In this document: positions 13,862-26,694 of the stretch, in pieces
How positions within the stretch are numbered: position 1 is the stretch's first letter
Layout: each line of letters begins with the position of its first letter
NCBI GenBank assembly: GCA_964016885.1
Contig: OZ024742.1
Location: 23,250,001 to 23,314,000 of the forward strand
DNA length: 64,000 nt
Reading direction: 5' to 3'
DNA from: Eledone cirrhosa
Lineage: Eukaryota
Notes under the pieces: model-generated
Told to the model about the DNA's origin: nothing
Databases searched by the model: none
Seen by the model: the letters and a program-made list of their open reading frames with translations, nothing else
Program-made: the position numbers and the translations under genes

Positions 13862-14057
13862 GAGAGCAGGCTGAAAGTTCATAGGCTGACTATGAAAGAA
13901 GGATGCTAGGGATATGAAATATTGAATGTATTAATTTCAACTCGTTTTATTAATAATTGCATAGTTACTTTCCAAGGACTTTGTTGAAAAATAAAATTCA
14001 TTTGATCATTCCATGAGAATATCTCGGTAGAGCTATGAAGCTTTCAGCCGACCCTCA
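13861..14057. mobile_element. Mariner-type MITE (partial copy at 13185-13275)
   Basis: Imperfect TIRs cgagagcaggctgaaagttcatag / ctatgaagctttcagccgaccctca, with TA flanks. Confidence 0.7.
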
Positions 14058-14139
14058 TACATAAAAGCATACCAAAAGCTTGGGATTATGATTGACCAAA
14101 GGAATGATATTGATTTATGAAAAGTATTTTGCAGTTTTT

Positions 14140-14570
14140 CTTATATTCATAATGTTGTTTTCATAGAATTGTAACATCAAAAATACAAAGGAAGGATTTA
14201 CTACTTTGATGAAATAATCAAATACATGGATTTAAAGATGAACATCAATAAAGGTGAAATTATGATACTGGGGATTGTATAAACACACATATTTAAGAAG
14301 ATACGAATATACTGAATGTTGCTGAACCATATATTGAAAATGATGGTTCTTTAGAAAGGGTATTTAATGAGGGATTTAAGGTCAATCAAAGAATGTGAAC
14401 ACTTTCAAATGTGCGGACATCACAAAGATTAGTGATCCATGAGGAAATTAAAGGAAAGAATTGGTTGTAAGCCATACCTTCATCATTAATGTATAGTTAA
14501 TCTGCTTAGTACTCGGATGGAATGTAATTCGAGGAATCATGGTGATCAAATGGCAAGATTATGGGATATA
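14140..14570 (+). mobile_element. Very degraded RTE-like RT remnant
   Basis: Fragments such as DLKMNINKGEIMI, IENDGSLER and PSSLMYS resemble the RTE RT downstream of the YADD motif. Confidence 0.35.
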
Positions 14571-14635
14571 TGAAGAGGTACAAGATATGAAAATAATACA
14601 ATGCACACATACACGCACACACACGCAGACACACA

Positions 14636-14762
14636 ATAGCTTAGTGGAAAAGGTGTTGGACTTACAATCATGTCGTGCAATCGATTCCTACACTGGGCTG
14701 CTTGTTGCATTCTTCAGCAAAACACTTCATTTCACGTTGCTCGAGTATACTCAGCTAAAGAA
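14636..14762 (+). mobile_element. tRNA-derived SINE head (degenerate)
   Basis: A-box-like tagcttagtgg, B-box-like tcgattcc, then agcaaaacacttcatttcacgttgctc, shared with 45385-45545. Confidence 0.6.
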
Positions 14763-15207
14763 ATATGATATATATATATGTATATATATGTGTGTATATA
14801 TATGTGTGTGTGTTTGTGTGTGTGTGTTGGTAATTCCGAAGGAAAGGCAAAGGAAAAAAGAGCTATTTGATTAGAAAGTGAACAACACAAAATATAACTG
14901 CTCCATTACCAAAGGTTTCTGGATCACAGACAATAATAATAATAATAATAATAATGATTTCATTTATTGGCCACAAGGGCCGACATATAGGGGACAACAC
15001 AATAGACAGTGACAGTGGGGGTTTACATAGAGATCGAGTAAGTATAAATAACAAAAAACAAAATAACAATAAAAATACAACAATGAAAGTTCCCCAATAA
15101 GAGGGATCACCACCCAGGGTTGACTCAAGCACCCCACCAGTCCTGAGCCACCCGACGCGCCTAGGGCACCCGGGAAGGGCACCCCTCTCCTTCTCGAATT
15201 CACCAGC

Positions 15208-18200
15208 CTACAGGCGCATGATCAGAGTAGGCCCACTCACGCGGGCCATTCTCGCCACATTCACCCACCTTTCAGTAAATGTACTGGGGGGCAGCACTTC
15301 TCTCTCCACCCTCACCTTCCTTTCCAAGTGAAACTTGAAGAAATTGATGAGGGATTGGCCGAAGAGAAAAGTGTCTGTCTTCAGTCCTTTCAACCTGGTC
15401 CACCATGCAACCTCTTTCGCTACTGCCACCAGGCAGAGGAAAATTGCCTGCCCTTCCTGACCAAAAGAAGGCGGCGGATCAATCTTCACTATGGACTCGG
15501 ACGATAGCCGGATCCGTTCTACACGCGACAATAGCTGTTCGACATAACCCCACAAGTCAGCAATGCACGGACACTGGACGAGTGCGTGCAGAACGGTTTC
15601 GTCGCTCTGCGCGCATCTCGGGCAGGTTCGCCTGACAGCACTTCCGTGCCTGTAGAGTTTATCCCGAACCGGCAGCGCCCACCGGTAACACTGCCAAGCC
15701 AGGGATTTCTGGAAGTTATCCATCGTCCCCGGCTCGAAAGTCCTCCGGAACATATTGGTCAGTTCTACTTCGTTGACGCCTAGAGCCTCTCCTAGTACGT
15801 CATCGTACTTGCCCTCCACTAATCCTCTATAGAAATATTGAGTGGAAGTTCCACTGACCGCATTGCCCACCTTGCAGAGTGCAGTGAGCGCCTGGCAACA
15901 TTCCAGATGCCAGTCGCCCAGTCTCGGTCTCTTCTTGACCCAGGACTGCAGCTCAGTCAAAGAGATGAGCTGCGGAAAGGCCCGTCTAACAAACGGCGAC
16001 CACACCTGTTCACCGTTTAGGCAAAATATCTGGAGATGTCGCAGCCTCAGCGCATGCTTGCGCATCATTAGCCACGGCATGCCCAGCCCTCCACGAAGAG
16101 GGTGCTGGCAGCAGATGGACCGCCTCACCAACGGGACCCGTCCCCTCCACAAAAATTTGAAAAGGAGCCGTTCCAAATTGGCGAGGCGTGGACGGAGGCA
16201 AGGCACGACGGTCAGGCGGTAGTAGATAACGGACGCGATGTACGCGTTCACCACCTCCGCCCGCCCTTTCAGTGATAGCTTTCTCTCAGCACATTTCTGG
16301 GTGAGGTTGGCTATCCTGCTCGTCACCTCGTCCCAATTTTTATCCACCTGGAGGTCTGGTCCGAACCAAACCCCGAGCAACTTTACCGGTCCGTCTGTCC
16401 AGCGCCCAACGACGCTGTTGGACGGCATGTACTTGCCTCTCCAGGTGCCGAGCTGCAAGCCCACCGACTTTTCCGGGTTAAGTTTTGCTCCCGTCAACCT
16501 TTCATATTCCTCCAAATGGGTGCGGATCACCTCGATTTCCGAGGTGACCGACACCATCACGGTGATGTCGTCCGCATAAGCGGACGCAGCCTTTCTACGT
16601 CCCGGTTCGAGCGGGATGCCCTGCAACAACTCCAGCTTCCGCAGTAGAGGCTCAAGAGTCAATACGTACAGAAGTGAGGAGAGAGGGCACCCTTGACGGA
16701 CCGATCGAGAGATCTGAAACGGTTCCGAGAGGTGGCCATTAACTTTGACCACCGAGCAGATGCCGCTGTACATTGCAGCGATCCAGCTTCTGAAGACGGG
16801 GCCGAAGCCAGCCGCCTCGAGGACAGCCTCCAAGTACCGATGTTCGACCCTATCGAATGCTTTCGATTGATCTAAATTGATCAGAGCCCCACCGAAGCCA
16901 GGTTTGCACCCAACCCTGTCTATGATGTATCGCATGAGGTGGAGGTTGTCGTGTATGGACCTGGTCGGGATTGCGCAAGTTTGCGCCTCCCCAACCAAAT
17001 CTTTGACGACAAGCGCCAACCTTTTCGCTAACACCTTGGCCAAAATCTTAAACTCTGTGTTGAGCAGGGTTATGGGCCTGAAATTATCTAGTGTGTCCCT
17101 CTTGTTCTCGTCTTTCCTTATCAGCGTCACTACGCCACGGCTCACAGAACTGGGAATGCTCCCGTTCTGCTGCCAGTTGCAGTAGAGCGCTTTGAGGAGA
17201 TCGGAGAACAAGTCTGGCATGCTTACGTAAAGCTCGTAGGGCAGACCATCCAAACCGGGTGAATTGCGACTCGAGCAGCCGACAAGGGCGTCCTGAATTT
17301 CGACTGATGTTATCGGCTCTTCGCAGCGCTCAGCGTCGGCCGTCGAGAGGCGTGGCAAGCCGTCGAGGTAGGGACTGAAGTCCGCCGCCGTCTCCGACTC
17401 ACCCATCCCCCCGAACAATCGAGCAAAGTGCTGGCGAAAGGCCTCACACATCTGCTTGGAATCGCTCAGTTCGTGTCCATCTCGATCCGTCAAAGACCGA
17501 ATTGTGGTTTTATTTCCACGCTGCGTCTCTTCAAAGCGAGCCCATCGGGCAGCTTTGGTTCCCTCGTTCCTCAGAGCACGCGCCTTAGCTCTGACAATGC
17601 AACCTTCGTGTTTCGCATTGAAGAAATGGTCTAGTGCCATTCTCGCCGCTAGCACGTCTGTTGCAATGCCACTACAAATAGCCTCGTCTAACTTAGCTAT
17701 CAGCCCCTCCTCCTTTCTATTTTTCTCTATTGCTACTTCTTTGCTAAATCCTATCGAGGTTGCTCTAATCTCTCTTTTGAGAGCCCCCCACCACCTGTTG
17801 TTGACAACCCCCCCCTGTCAACTTTTGCTTAACTAAGTTGTTGACCCGGTCCCTGTAAGCTTTACGTGCCGGAAACGACATGTTTAGCTTCCAGTAGCTA
17901 GGTCCTAACCTACGTGTCTTATCTAGGTCGACCATACAGATCCCAAGCTTGTGATCTGAATAGGCGACCGTTTTAAAATGTGGACATCCTACACTATTTC
18001 TATCTCTTTTCCTAATGAAAATCCTACCTATGTACGATCTAGATGACCCTATGCGATTGGTCCAGGTCCATACTGGCGCATTAGGGAAATCTAGTCGGTA
18101 CCTGTCAGACAGTTGAAACTGGCTGATCAGGTACTTGAGGCTTTTGCACCCCCCGCTCCTATCAGATACTCCCACACAATCCCAGCGTGCTTCTAAGATG

Positions 18201-18628
18201 CCATTCCAATCCCCTATTAACAGTAAAGGGCGAGACGTAAGCAGAAAGTTTTCCAGGCGCCTAAAGAAGTCCGGCCGACCGGCCCCAGTAGGGGCGTAGA
18301 CGGCCACCAGTCTAAAGGCACCACCTTCGCTATTGCTCACGTCCAGGACCACCAACTTTCCGTCAGGATCCCGTAAGATTGACCTTACCTCGAGATCCAG
18401 ACATTTCCTAAACAGCACAGCCACTCCACCTCCCATTCCCGGCCGACTAACAGATGCAAAGATCTGATAATCGTCGAAAATCGGCGCCAGTGCGCGTGTG
18501 TCGGAAATTCTGGTCTCGCTGATGGCAATTACATCCATTCCTAGTGACCTGAGGTCGTTGAGCAAGTGACCTTGCTTCCAGGGCGACCCCAGGCCACGAA
18601 CATTTAAACTTCCTACTCTTATGGCCAT
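15208..18628 (-). CDS. LINE B ORF2: APE endonuclease + RT + C-terminal Cys domain (~1140 aa; one frameshift in the C run at ~17810)
   Basis: Motifs GSLNVRGL, ISET, GDWN, YSDH, SPGLDG, NFRPITLLN, DQSKAFDRV, RQGCPLS, AYADD and CPRC..ETVLHALVQC. Confidence 0.92.
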
Positions 18629-18661
18629 GCTGGCAGGATGAATGGGAGAGGAAAGGTTTAC

Positions 18662-20569
18662 TTACCTTCCGGGGTCTTGTGAAGGTCGGGTGGTTCGACC
18701 TCCATGGTTTGTGGAGTTTCTTTTGGGAACCCCTTTAATAGTCTTGAGGTGGGTTTTACGTTTGGTTCCCACATCCCGAGGAAAGCTCTTTCGAATTTCT
18801 TTGTATGAAGCGAGCGACATTCGCATCAGAAGCAAATTATCTGGTACGCGAAATGTGCTCGCTTCAAATGTTTCCCCCTCTTTTTCGATGTTTGTGCTTC
18901 GTGCTACATGGGCCATCAATTCCTTGTTGGCCCTTCTGGCAAGCACGAAGTTTTTAATGTTTTGTTGCTCGGGTTTTATTTGTTCGTGTGATTGTGGTGG
19001 TGATAGCTTTGTTAGTGTTGTTTCTATTGTGTCTGCGTTTGTTGTGGGTGGGGTGTCTGTAGTTTCTGATGTTTGTGTGTCTATTTGTTCTTGTGTCTGT
19101 TTAGCTTGTTTGCGTTTGGGGGATTTTGGTGGTTGTGTTGGTGATGCTGTGGGGAAAATGTTTGTGTGGGTGGTGTGTGTATTTTTTTGTGGGGGTGTTT
19201 GTGCTTTGTGGATTTCTTTTTTTTTTGTGTTTTGTTTTTTGTATTTTGGGGGACTTTGGTTTTCCCTCATCTTCACTGCTGGAGGATGAGGGGTCTGTGG
19301 CTGTGAGCGTGTTTGTGTCTGAGTGAGTGTTTATGTTCTTGTACGTGTGTGTATTTTTTTTGGGGGGGGGGGGGGAATGGGAGAGCTTTCCTCGTTTCCC
19401 CCCTGGGTGTGCAATTTTGGTGGTTCCATTGTTGACGGTGTTGCTGGTGGTCCTTGTCCCGGCGTCGCCAGCAGTGGAATCTTTCGACCCCTTGCGCTTT
19501 TCGGCAGTTGAGGGCAGAAGGCTCGCAAGTGTGTCGTTTCCCCACAAAGGAAACAATGCGGCCTTTTGCCCTCAGTCATTATATGCAACACCCTCCCGTT
19601 TTGGAGGCGGATGTGGTCCGGGATTGCTTTTACGTTTTCGGGTCTGATTTGGAGCAGTATCTTCAGATCAACCCCGGACCAGTCGTCCCTGGCAGTTCTC
19701 GTTGCCTCTACCGGGACTGTATCCGTTCCTTCCACGATTACGCAACCCAGGAGCCACCACATATCAAGTCCTGGTGGAATCCTAGGAATGCGCACACGTG
19801 CTATTCGTTTTCCCATTTGGGAGGGGTACATTATGACCTTGCTGGTTTTGCAAGGGGTCATTGAATGCTTCACAGCGAGGGCTTCAGACTTGAACAGCAC
19901 CGAAACGGTGCCGTATTTCCTGCCCCTCTCTATGAAGTCTGTGTCCTCTCTGATGTATTTCAGTGCGGCTTCTATATCAGCTTGGGCGATTATCGCTGCC
20001 CTCTTTGTCTCTACTGAGATGCATCTGAAATGCACCGTGCTTTTTTCCACTGCCTCAATGGATTCTGCCGGGACAGTTAAGTTTGCCCAGGTCTGCTCTT
20101 GATTTATGATTTTCCAGGCCTGGGCCAACTTTTCCTCTCTGTTGGTTAAGTCGATGCTGTAGCATCGTCTCCTTTTAGGCGCTGCCACAGCAGCGAAGGT
20201 GTTCTTGTTGGTGTTGTCACTGTTGTTGTTCTTGTTGGTGTTGCTGCTGTTATTGCTGTTGTTGTTCTCCCCTGTGTCGTGGTTACCCTCTGTGCTGTTG
20301 GCCTTGTTGGTGCTGCTGCTGTCGCTCCTATTACTCTCTGTGCTGTTCGTTTTGTTGGTGCTCTCGCTATTACCACCTTCTGCGCTGTTCGGCTTGTTGG
20401 TGTTGGTGTTGTCGCTGTTACCACCTTCCGCGCCGCTCGGCCCGTTGGTGCTGGCACTGTCGCTGCTCACACTCGTGCTGGTGGCACTCCTCGCCCCACC
20501 TCTCCTCTCAACGCTCAAGTCGCCGTTGCACGACAGCAGACCCGCCTCTAGACGGCGTGGCTCCGCCAT
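18662..20569 (-). CDS. LINE B ORF1 (~635 aa, CCHC knuckle; two compensating frameshifts at homopolymers ~19370 and ~19220)
   Basis: Contains CFLCGETTHLRAFC. Its C-terminal block is homologous to those of LINEs A and C. Confidence 0.8.
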
Positions 20570-20783
20570 GTTTTTTTTGAGAAAAAAAAATTATTATTTT
20601 TCCAAAATAAAGTTCAAATATTTGGGCCAAAAGGCCCAAATATTATGAGTTATTCCTTCACAGGATACAAATGAATGTCTTATAATGCTTCAGCGGTACA
20701 AAAAAAATAAACAATTCTCCACAATTAATCCTCAAAAAATTGCTTATTCACGGAGCTTCAAAAAACGTACATCCACTTTCGTC

Positions 20784-20822
<39 letters not shown>

Positions 20823-20823
<1 letters not shown>

Positions 20824-23800
20824 CTTCCTTTATTAACCACAAGTGTTTACATAAAGTAGACATTAAGGACAGTACAGGACAATGCAGGACGGTACAAAAT
20901 GGGCATTTCTGCGTGTAAAAAAAACAAAAACAGGATGTAACAAAAAATAACAATGAAAAATTACACAATAGGGGGGGGGGGGGACTTCCGAGGGACATTT
21001 GTAGAGAAAGCCCATTAAAAATCCACAGTGACCCTGACCACCAGGGCAAGTGCCCTCTCCCAGTTTTCCACCTTTAATGTACAGACACATACTCAGAGTA
21101 GGCCCATTCACTCGGGCCATTCTTGACTCTCTCACCCATCTTTCAACAAAATGCTGGGAAGAGAGCACTTCCCTCTCTACCCTGATCTTCCTTTTCAAAT
21201 TAAATTTGAAAAAGTTAATCAGGGAATCACCGAAGAGGTAAGTGCTCATCTTCAGCCCTTTCAAACGTGTCCACCATACAATCTCTTTCGCCATGGCCAC
21301 CAGACAGATAAAAACTGCCTGCCCTTCCCGGCTAAAGAAAGAGGGCGGAGCAATCCCGACGATGGACTCAGCTGATAGTTGGATCCGTTCTACACGTGAC
21401 AGCAGGTGTTCGACATAAACCCACAAGTCAGCAATGCTCGGACACTGGACGAGTGCGTGCAGGACGTTTTTCTCGCCCTGCGCGCATTCGGACATTCCCG
21501 GCTGACGGCACCTCACAGCCTGTAGAGTTTATCCCGAACGGGCAAAGCTCCTCGGTAGCACTGCCAGGCCAGGGATTTCTGGAAGTTGTCCATAGGCCCC
21601 GGCTCGAAAGTCCTTCCGAAGAGATTGGCTAGTTGATTTTCGTCGACGCCTAGAGTTTCTCCAAGTACGTCGTCGCTCTTCCCATCCACTAATCCTCTAT
21701 AGAACGCCAAGTTGAAGTTTTCACCGATCACATTGCCCGATTGGTCGAGGGCTGTGAGCGCTTGAAGACATTCCAGTATCCAAGCGCTCCCTCTCGGTCT
21801 TCGCTTGACCCAGGACTGCAGCTCCGTCAAGGAGACCAGCTGGGAAAAGACGTGTCTAGCAAACGGCGACCATACCTGATCACCGTCGAGGAAGAGGTGT
21901 CGATGTCGTAGCCTGAGCGCGTGTCTGCGCATCATCAGCCACAGCATGCCCAGCCCTCCACATAGCGGGTGTTGACAGCAGATGGACCACCACCATCGGA
22001 GCGCGTCCCTTCCACAATAAGCGAAAGAGCATACGCTCCAGCGCAGTCAGGCGGGGCTTAGGACTAGGTACGACGGTCAAGCGGTAGCAGATGACGGACG
22101 CGATGTACGCGTTAGCCACCTCCGCTCGACCTTTCAGGGATAGCTTCCAGTCCACCAATTTCTGGGTGAGAGAAGCCACCCTGCTCGTCACCTCGTCCCA
22201 GTTTTTGTCCGTCTGGAGGTCCGGACCGAACCAGGCCCCTAGCAATTTAAACGGTCCGTCCGTCCAGCGCCCAACAACGCTGTTGGACGGCATGGACCTG
22301 CCTCTCCAGGTGCCGAGCTGCAGGACCACTGACTTTTCCTGGTTGATCATAGCTTCTGTCACCGCTTCGTATTCTCTTAGAGTTGTGCCGATTGCCTCGA
22401 TATCTTTGGCGTTCGACACAACTACGGTGACATCGTCCGCATATGCTGATACGGATCTTCCGCATCCTAGTTCGCGCGACACCCCCCTCGACGTCTCCAA
22501 TTTGTGCAGTAATGGCTCGAGAGTCAATACGTACAAGAGGGACGAGAGGGGACATCCTTGGCGGACCAAGGGCATGATGTTGAATGGTTCCGAAAGGTGA
22601 CCGTTCACTCTCACCACAAAGCAGATGTCGCTGTGCATGGAAACGATCCAGCCTCTGAAGACGGGCCCAAAGCCAGCCCCCCTCAGGACTGCTGCTAGGT
22701 TACGATGGTCGACCCTATCTAAGGCTTTCGACTGATCGAAATTGATCAAGGACCCACCCGTGCCAGGTTCCCTAGCTACCCTCTGTACGATGTATCGCAT
22801 CAGATGAAGGTTGTCGTGGATGGATCTGTCGGGAATGGCGCACGTCTGCGCCGCTCCCACCAGATCACCAACGACAAGCGCCAACCTCTTTGCTATCACC
22901 TTGGCTAAAATCTTGAACTCTGTGTTTAGCAGAGTTATGGGCCTGAAATTATCTGTTATCCCCCTTGTTTGGATCCTTTCTCAGCAGCGCCACAACTCCT
23001 CAGCTCACAGAACTGGGAATTCTCCCTTTCTGTTGCCAGTTGCAGTAGACGTCCGCCAAGAGGCCTCCGAACAATTCTGGCATCTGTACGTAAAGTTCAT
23101 TGGGCAGACCATCCAAACCAGGCGATTTACCTCTAGTGCAGCCAGTTATTGCCTCCCGTACTTCAGCGGCTGTTATCGGCTTTTCGCCCCCCCCCCCCCC
23201 CTCAGTGGCCGAGAGCCGCGGCAGTCCGTCGAGGTAGACACTAAAGTCCATCCATCGATCCGGCCAGACGCTGCCCCCGAACAGCTGGGCGAAGTGTCGC
23301 TGGAAAGCTTCACACATTTGCCCGGTAACGAGTAGCATGCGCCCGTCATGGTCCACCAAAGACCGGATCGTGGCTTTGTTTCCACGACGCGCCTCCGCCA
23401 CTCGGGCCCATTGAACGTTTTCGTCCCATCGTGTCTGAGATCACGCACCCTAGCTCTGACAACGCAGCCATCGTGCTTTGCATTGACGAATTGGTCAAGT
23501 GCCAATTTCGCCGCAAGTACGTCGGTCGCGATGCCTTTGCTAAGTGCCTCGTCTAGTTTTCTCACTAGTAATCTCTCTGCTCTATGTTTCTCTATTGCTA
23601 AAGCCTTACTAAACCTAATGCACTCTATTCTAATCGCTCTTTTCAGAGCAAACCACCACTTGCTGACGATGGCCCCCGTCAACGCCCGCTTAACTAGTTC
23701 CCCAATCCGGGCTCTGTAGGCCGTGCGCGCTGGTAAGGACGCGTTTAGCTCCCAGTAGCCGGCTCCTCGTCTATGAAGCCTATCTAAGTCAAGCACACAG

Positions 23801-26661
23801 ATCGCGAATTTGTGGTCCGTGTAGCTGACTAACTTGAATTGTGGACAGCCTATGTTAGACCTATCTATTTCCCTACACGATACTCTATCTAGATATGATC
23901 TGGATGACCCTATGCGGTTTGTCCAAGTCCACATTGGCACATTTGGGAAATCCAATCGGTAACTGTCAGACAGTTGAAAATGCCTGAGCAGGTTGGTGAG
24001 GCTCTTGCACCCTCCTCCCCTATCCGCTAATCCCACACCACAGTCCCAGCGTGCATCTAAGATCCCGTTCCAGTCGCCCACTAACACTAAAGGGCGGTAC
24101 GTTCCAAGAAAGGTCTCCAGACGCCGGAAGAAATCAGGCCGCCCTGATACTGTCGGGGCATAGAGGGCCACTAGCCTGAAAGCTTTCCTGTCTCCGCTGG
24201 TCAGGTCCAGCACCACCAACTTACCTTCTGGGTCCAGGAAGATGGCCTGTATGGCGAGATCCAAACTTCTCCGAAAAAGCAAAGCAACTCATCGCCCCCG
24301 ATCCAGGACGGCTGGGAGATGCGTACACACCGAAGATCGGTGCGCAGGCCCGTGCTTCTGAGATTCTGGTCTCGCTGATGGCCACTACATCGATGTTTAG
24401 TGACCTGAGGTCGTTGAGCAGGTGGCCCTGCTTCCATGACGTCCCCAAGCCACGCGCATTTATGCTGCCTATTCTGAGTGAGGTCATGTTGAAATGGAGT
24501 GGAAAAGATGGGAAAGACCACTAACCTTACTTCTCGTAGAGGAGGGATGGTTTCTCCATCCTTTTCACGGCTTGTGGCCTCCTCCGGAAGGAAGTCCTTA
24601 TAAATCCTCCTGGAGAGTGCTTGTCGGAAGTCTCCGATGTCTTTGGGGAATTTTTGTTTTAGTGTCGTGTACGTTTTCTGTGTGATGCGAGTGATTTGTA
24701 TGTGTGGAGGTGGTGTGAACTTTTGGGGTGTTGTGTAGTCTTTTTCTGTGATGCTGGTGTTGTGTTGGATGTAGTGTAATAATTGGTTCTGGTTCAAATT
24801 TAATGCTGTGTAGTGTGTATCGTTTTGGTTGTTTAGTTTTGTCTGCGTTTGTTGTGGGTTTGTTTCTGTTTCGCTTTTTGATGACTTTTGTGGTGTTGGT
24901 GATGGTGGTGTTGGGATTAATGATGGTGTTGGTGTTTGTGGTGATGGGGCTGGTGATGCTGGTGTGGATGGTGGTATAGCTGTCCTAACTCTTTTGTTTG
25001 ATAGTTTATTTGTTTCCCTCTGTATTTTGTTTTTGGAGGGGGAAGGAAGTGGATTTTTTCTTTTTTGGCTTCTTTTTCTTTTTTTCTTTTTTCCTGATAC
25101 CGTTTCCCACTCCTTGGTGTCACAATCTGTCTCCAGTTGCAATAGGTCGGGGAGTGGAAAATCCTCCACAGGCGTTGGTTTTGGTTGTGGCGTGGTTGAT
25201 GGTCAAGGCGCTGGTGCTAGTTCTGGCGCGTTGGGTGGTGGTGGTGTCGGTTTTGCTACTGTCGCTGGGGTTGTTGCTGTTACAGTTGCTTCTGTTGTTG
25301 CTGCTACAGTTGTTCTGCCACTTCTGCTGCTGGTGGTGTTGATGGTTGAATCACTTGGGTGGGTAAGAGAGGTGGCCTCAACCTTTTAGCCTGAGGGCAG
25401 AAAGCCCTTAGGTGGGTTCCTTCACCACAAACGACACCCCTAGACCTTCTGTCCTCGACGATTAGGGTGAAGAGACTGCCATCAGTGAGGTCTATTACAT
25501 CTGGGATCTCCTCAATGCTTTTTTGGTCCGCTTGGATCAGGAGCTCCATCCTAGAGCCGGACCAGTTCTCCTGCTTTTCTTTTGATATTTCAATTATTTT
25601 GATGTTGGCCTCGATGCCAGCGAGGACGGCAGCCATTAGCCAGGGAATTTCGATGGCCGGTGGAACGTGGGTCACCCTGATCATCACAAGTCTCTGGCCA
25701 CAATAGCTTGGGACGAGTGTGAAGTCGTCACTTCTTAATGGGGCCATGGAGTGTTCTCTGGCCTCCTGTGGTGTTCCAAAGAACACGTCCACGGTTCCAT
25801 ATTTCTGCCCACGTCTGATGTGGGTTTTCTTTTGCCCACACATGTCCCAAAGCTTTTTGGATTTGGGACTCGGATGCCCGTTCCACTCGGCGCGATTTTA
25901 TGTTAATCGTTCGAGAAGACACGGTGCACAGGCGCCGATGCTCCATTTATGGGGGGGGGCTGACCCTGTACCCATCTTTCTTTACCATTTTCTTGGCTTC
26001 ATCTAATTCCTCCTGAGTTACCTGGATTGTTTCGCATGTTTTAGCTGCTTTGGCAAAAAACACGATGCTGTTATTCTCATTGTAGTTGTTGCTGTTGTTG
26101 TTATTGTTACTTTTGTTATTGTTATTTTTAGTTTCAGTTGTGGTGGTGGTGGCGTCGGTGGTGTTCGGTGTGGAAGAGTCCATTCTGGGTGAATCCAATT
26201 CGATGTCACGAGATAATTTATTTTTTTCTTTTGTTTCTGTTGTCGCTGTGGTGGTGGTGGGCGTGGCGGCTTCAACACCTGCAGTCATTGGTAATGGCGG
26301 GAAATGAATGTCTGCATGAGACAAATTTAAATTATTGCTACTGCTTATATTTTTAGTGTTGGCAAACGTAGTAATATTTACAAAGGTGTGCGGTGTTAGT
26401 TTGTGAGGAAGGCTCTCAGCTACTTGGTGTAGCTGTGAGTCGTCCATGAATTTTTAAAAGAAATGTTTTGTTTGAAAATTATAAAAGTTTAAATTTTGGG
26501 CTCAAGGCCCCAATCTTTTTAAGTGTCCTTTTCCGAAAGCAGATTTTGTGACTTTTTAAATAGTTAACAACAAAAATGTTCCATAAATGGTAATTTTAAA
26601 CAAACGAAAACAACAAACCTTTGCGGAGCTCACGATGATACGATTTCCTACGTAGGTCGCC
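20823..26661 (-). mobile_element. L1/Tx1-clade LINE C, full length, multiply frameshifted
   Basis: ORF1 runs from 26447 (knuckle remnant VVCGEGTHLRAFCP). ORF2 runs from 24487, with APE, AYADD and the C-terminal domain. The 3' end is cttgtggttaataaa + (ATT)n. Confidence 0.93.
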
Positions 26662-26694
26662 AATAATATTAATAATAATAATAATAATTATTAT

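Larger units (their letters stand above)
14956..20783 (-). mobile_element. L1/Tx1-clade LINE B, full length (~5.8 kb), near-intact
   Basis: Has a 5' UTR, ORF1, ORF2 and a 3' UTR ending cccttgtggccaataaa, with (AAT)n at both ends. Confidence 0.95.

Noticed and set aside
18662-18664. Stop-codon read-through as the explanation for ORF1/ORF2 linkage
   Set aside because: It works only for LINE B (36 nt). LINEs A and C have 37-nt spacers that are out of frame unless spliced.
15405-25706. Plus-strand ORFs antisense to the LINEs
   Set aside because: They are shadow ORFs of GC-richer or low-complexity coding sequence, with no recognisable domains.
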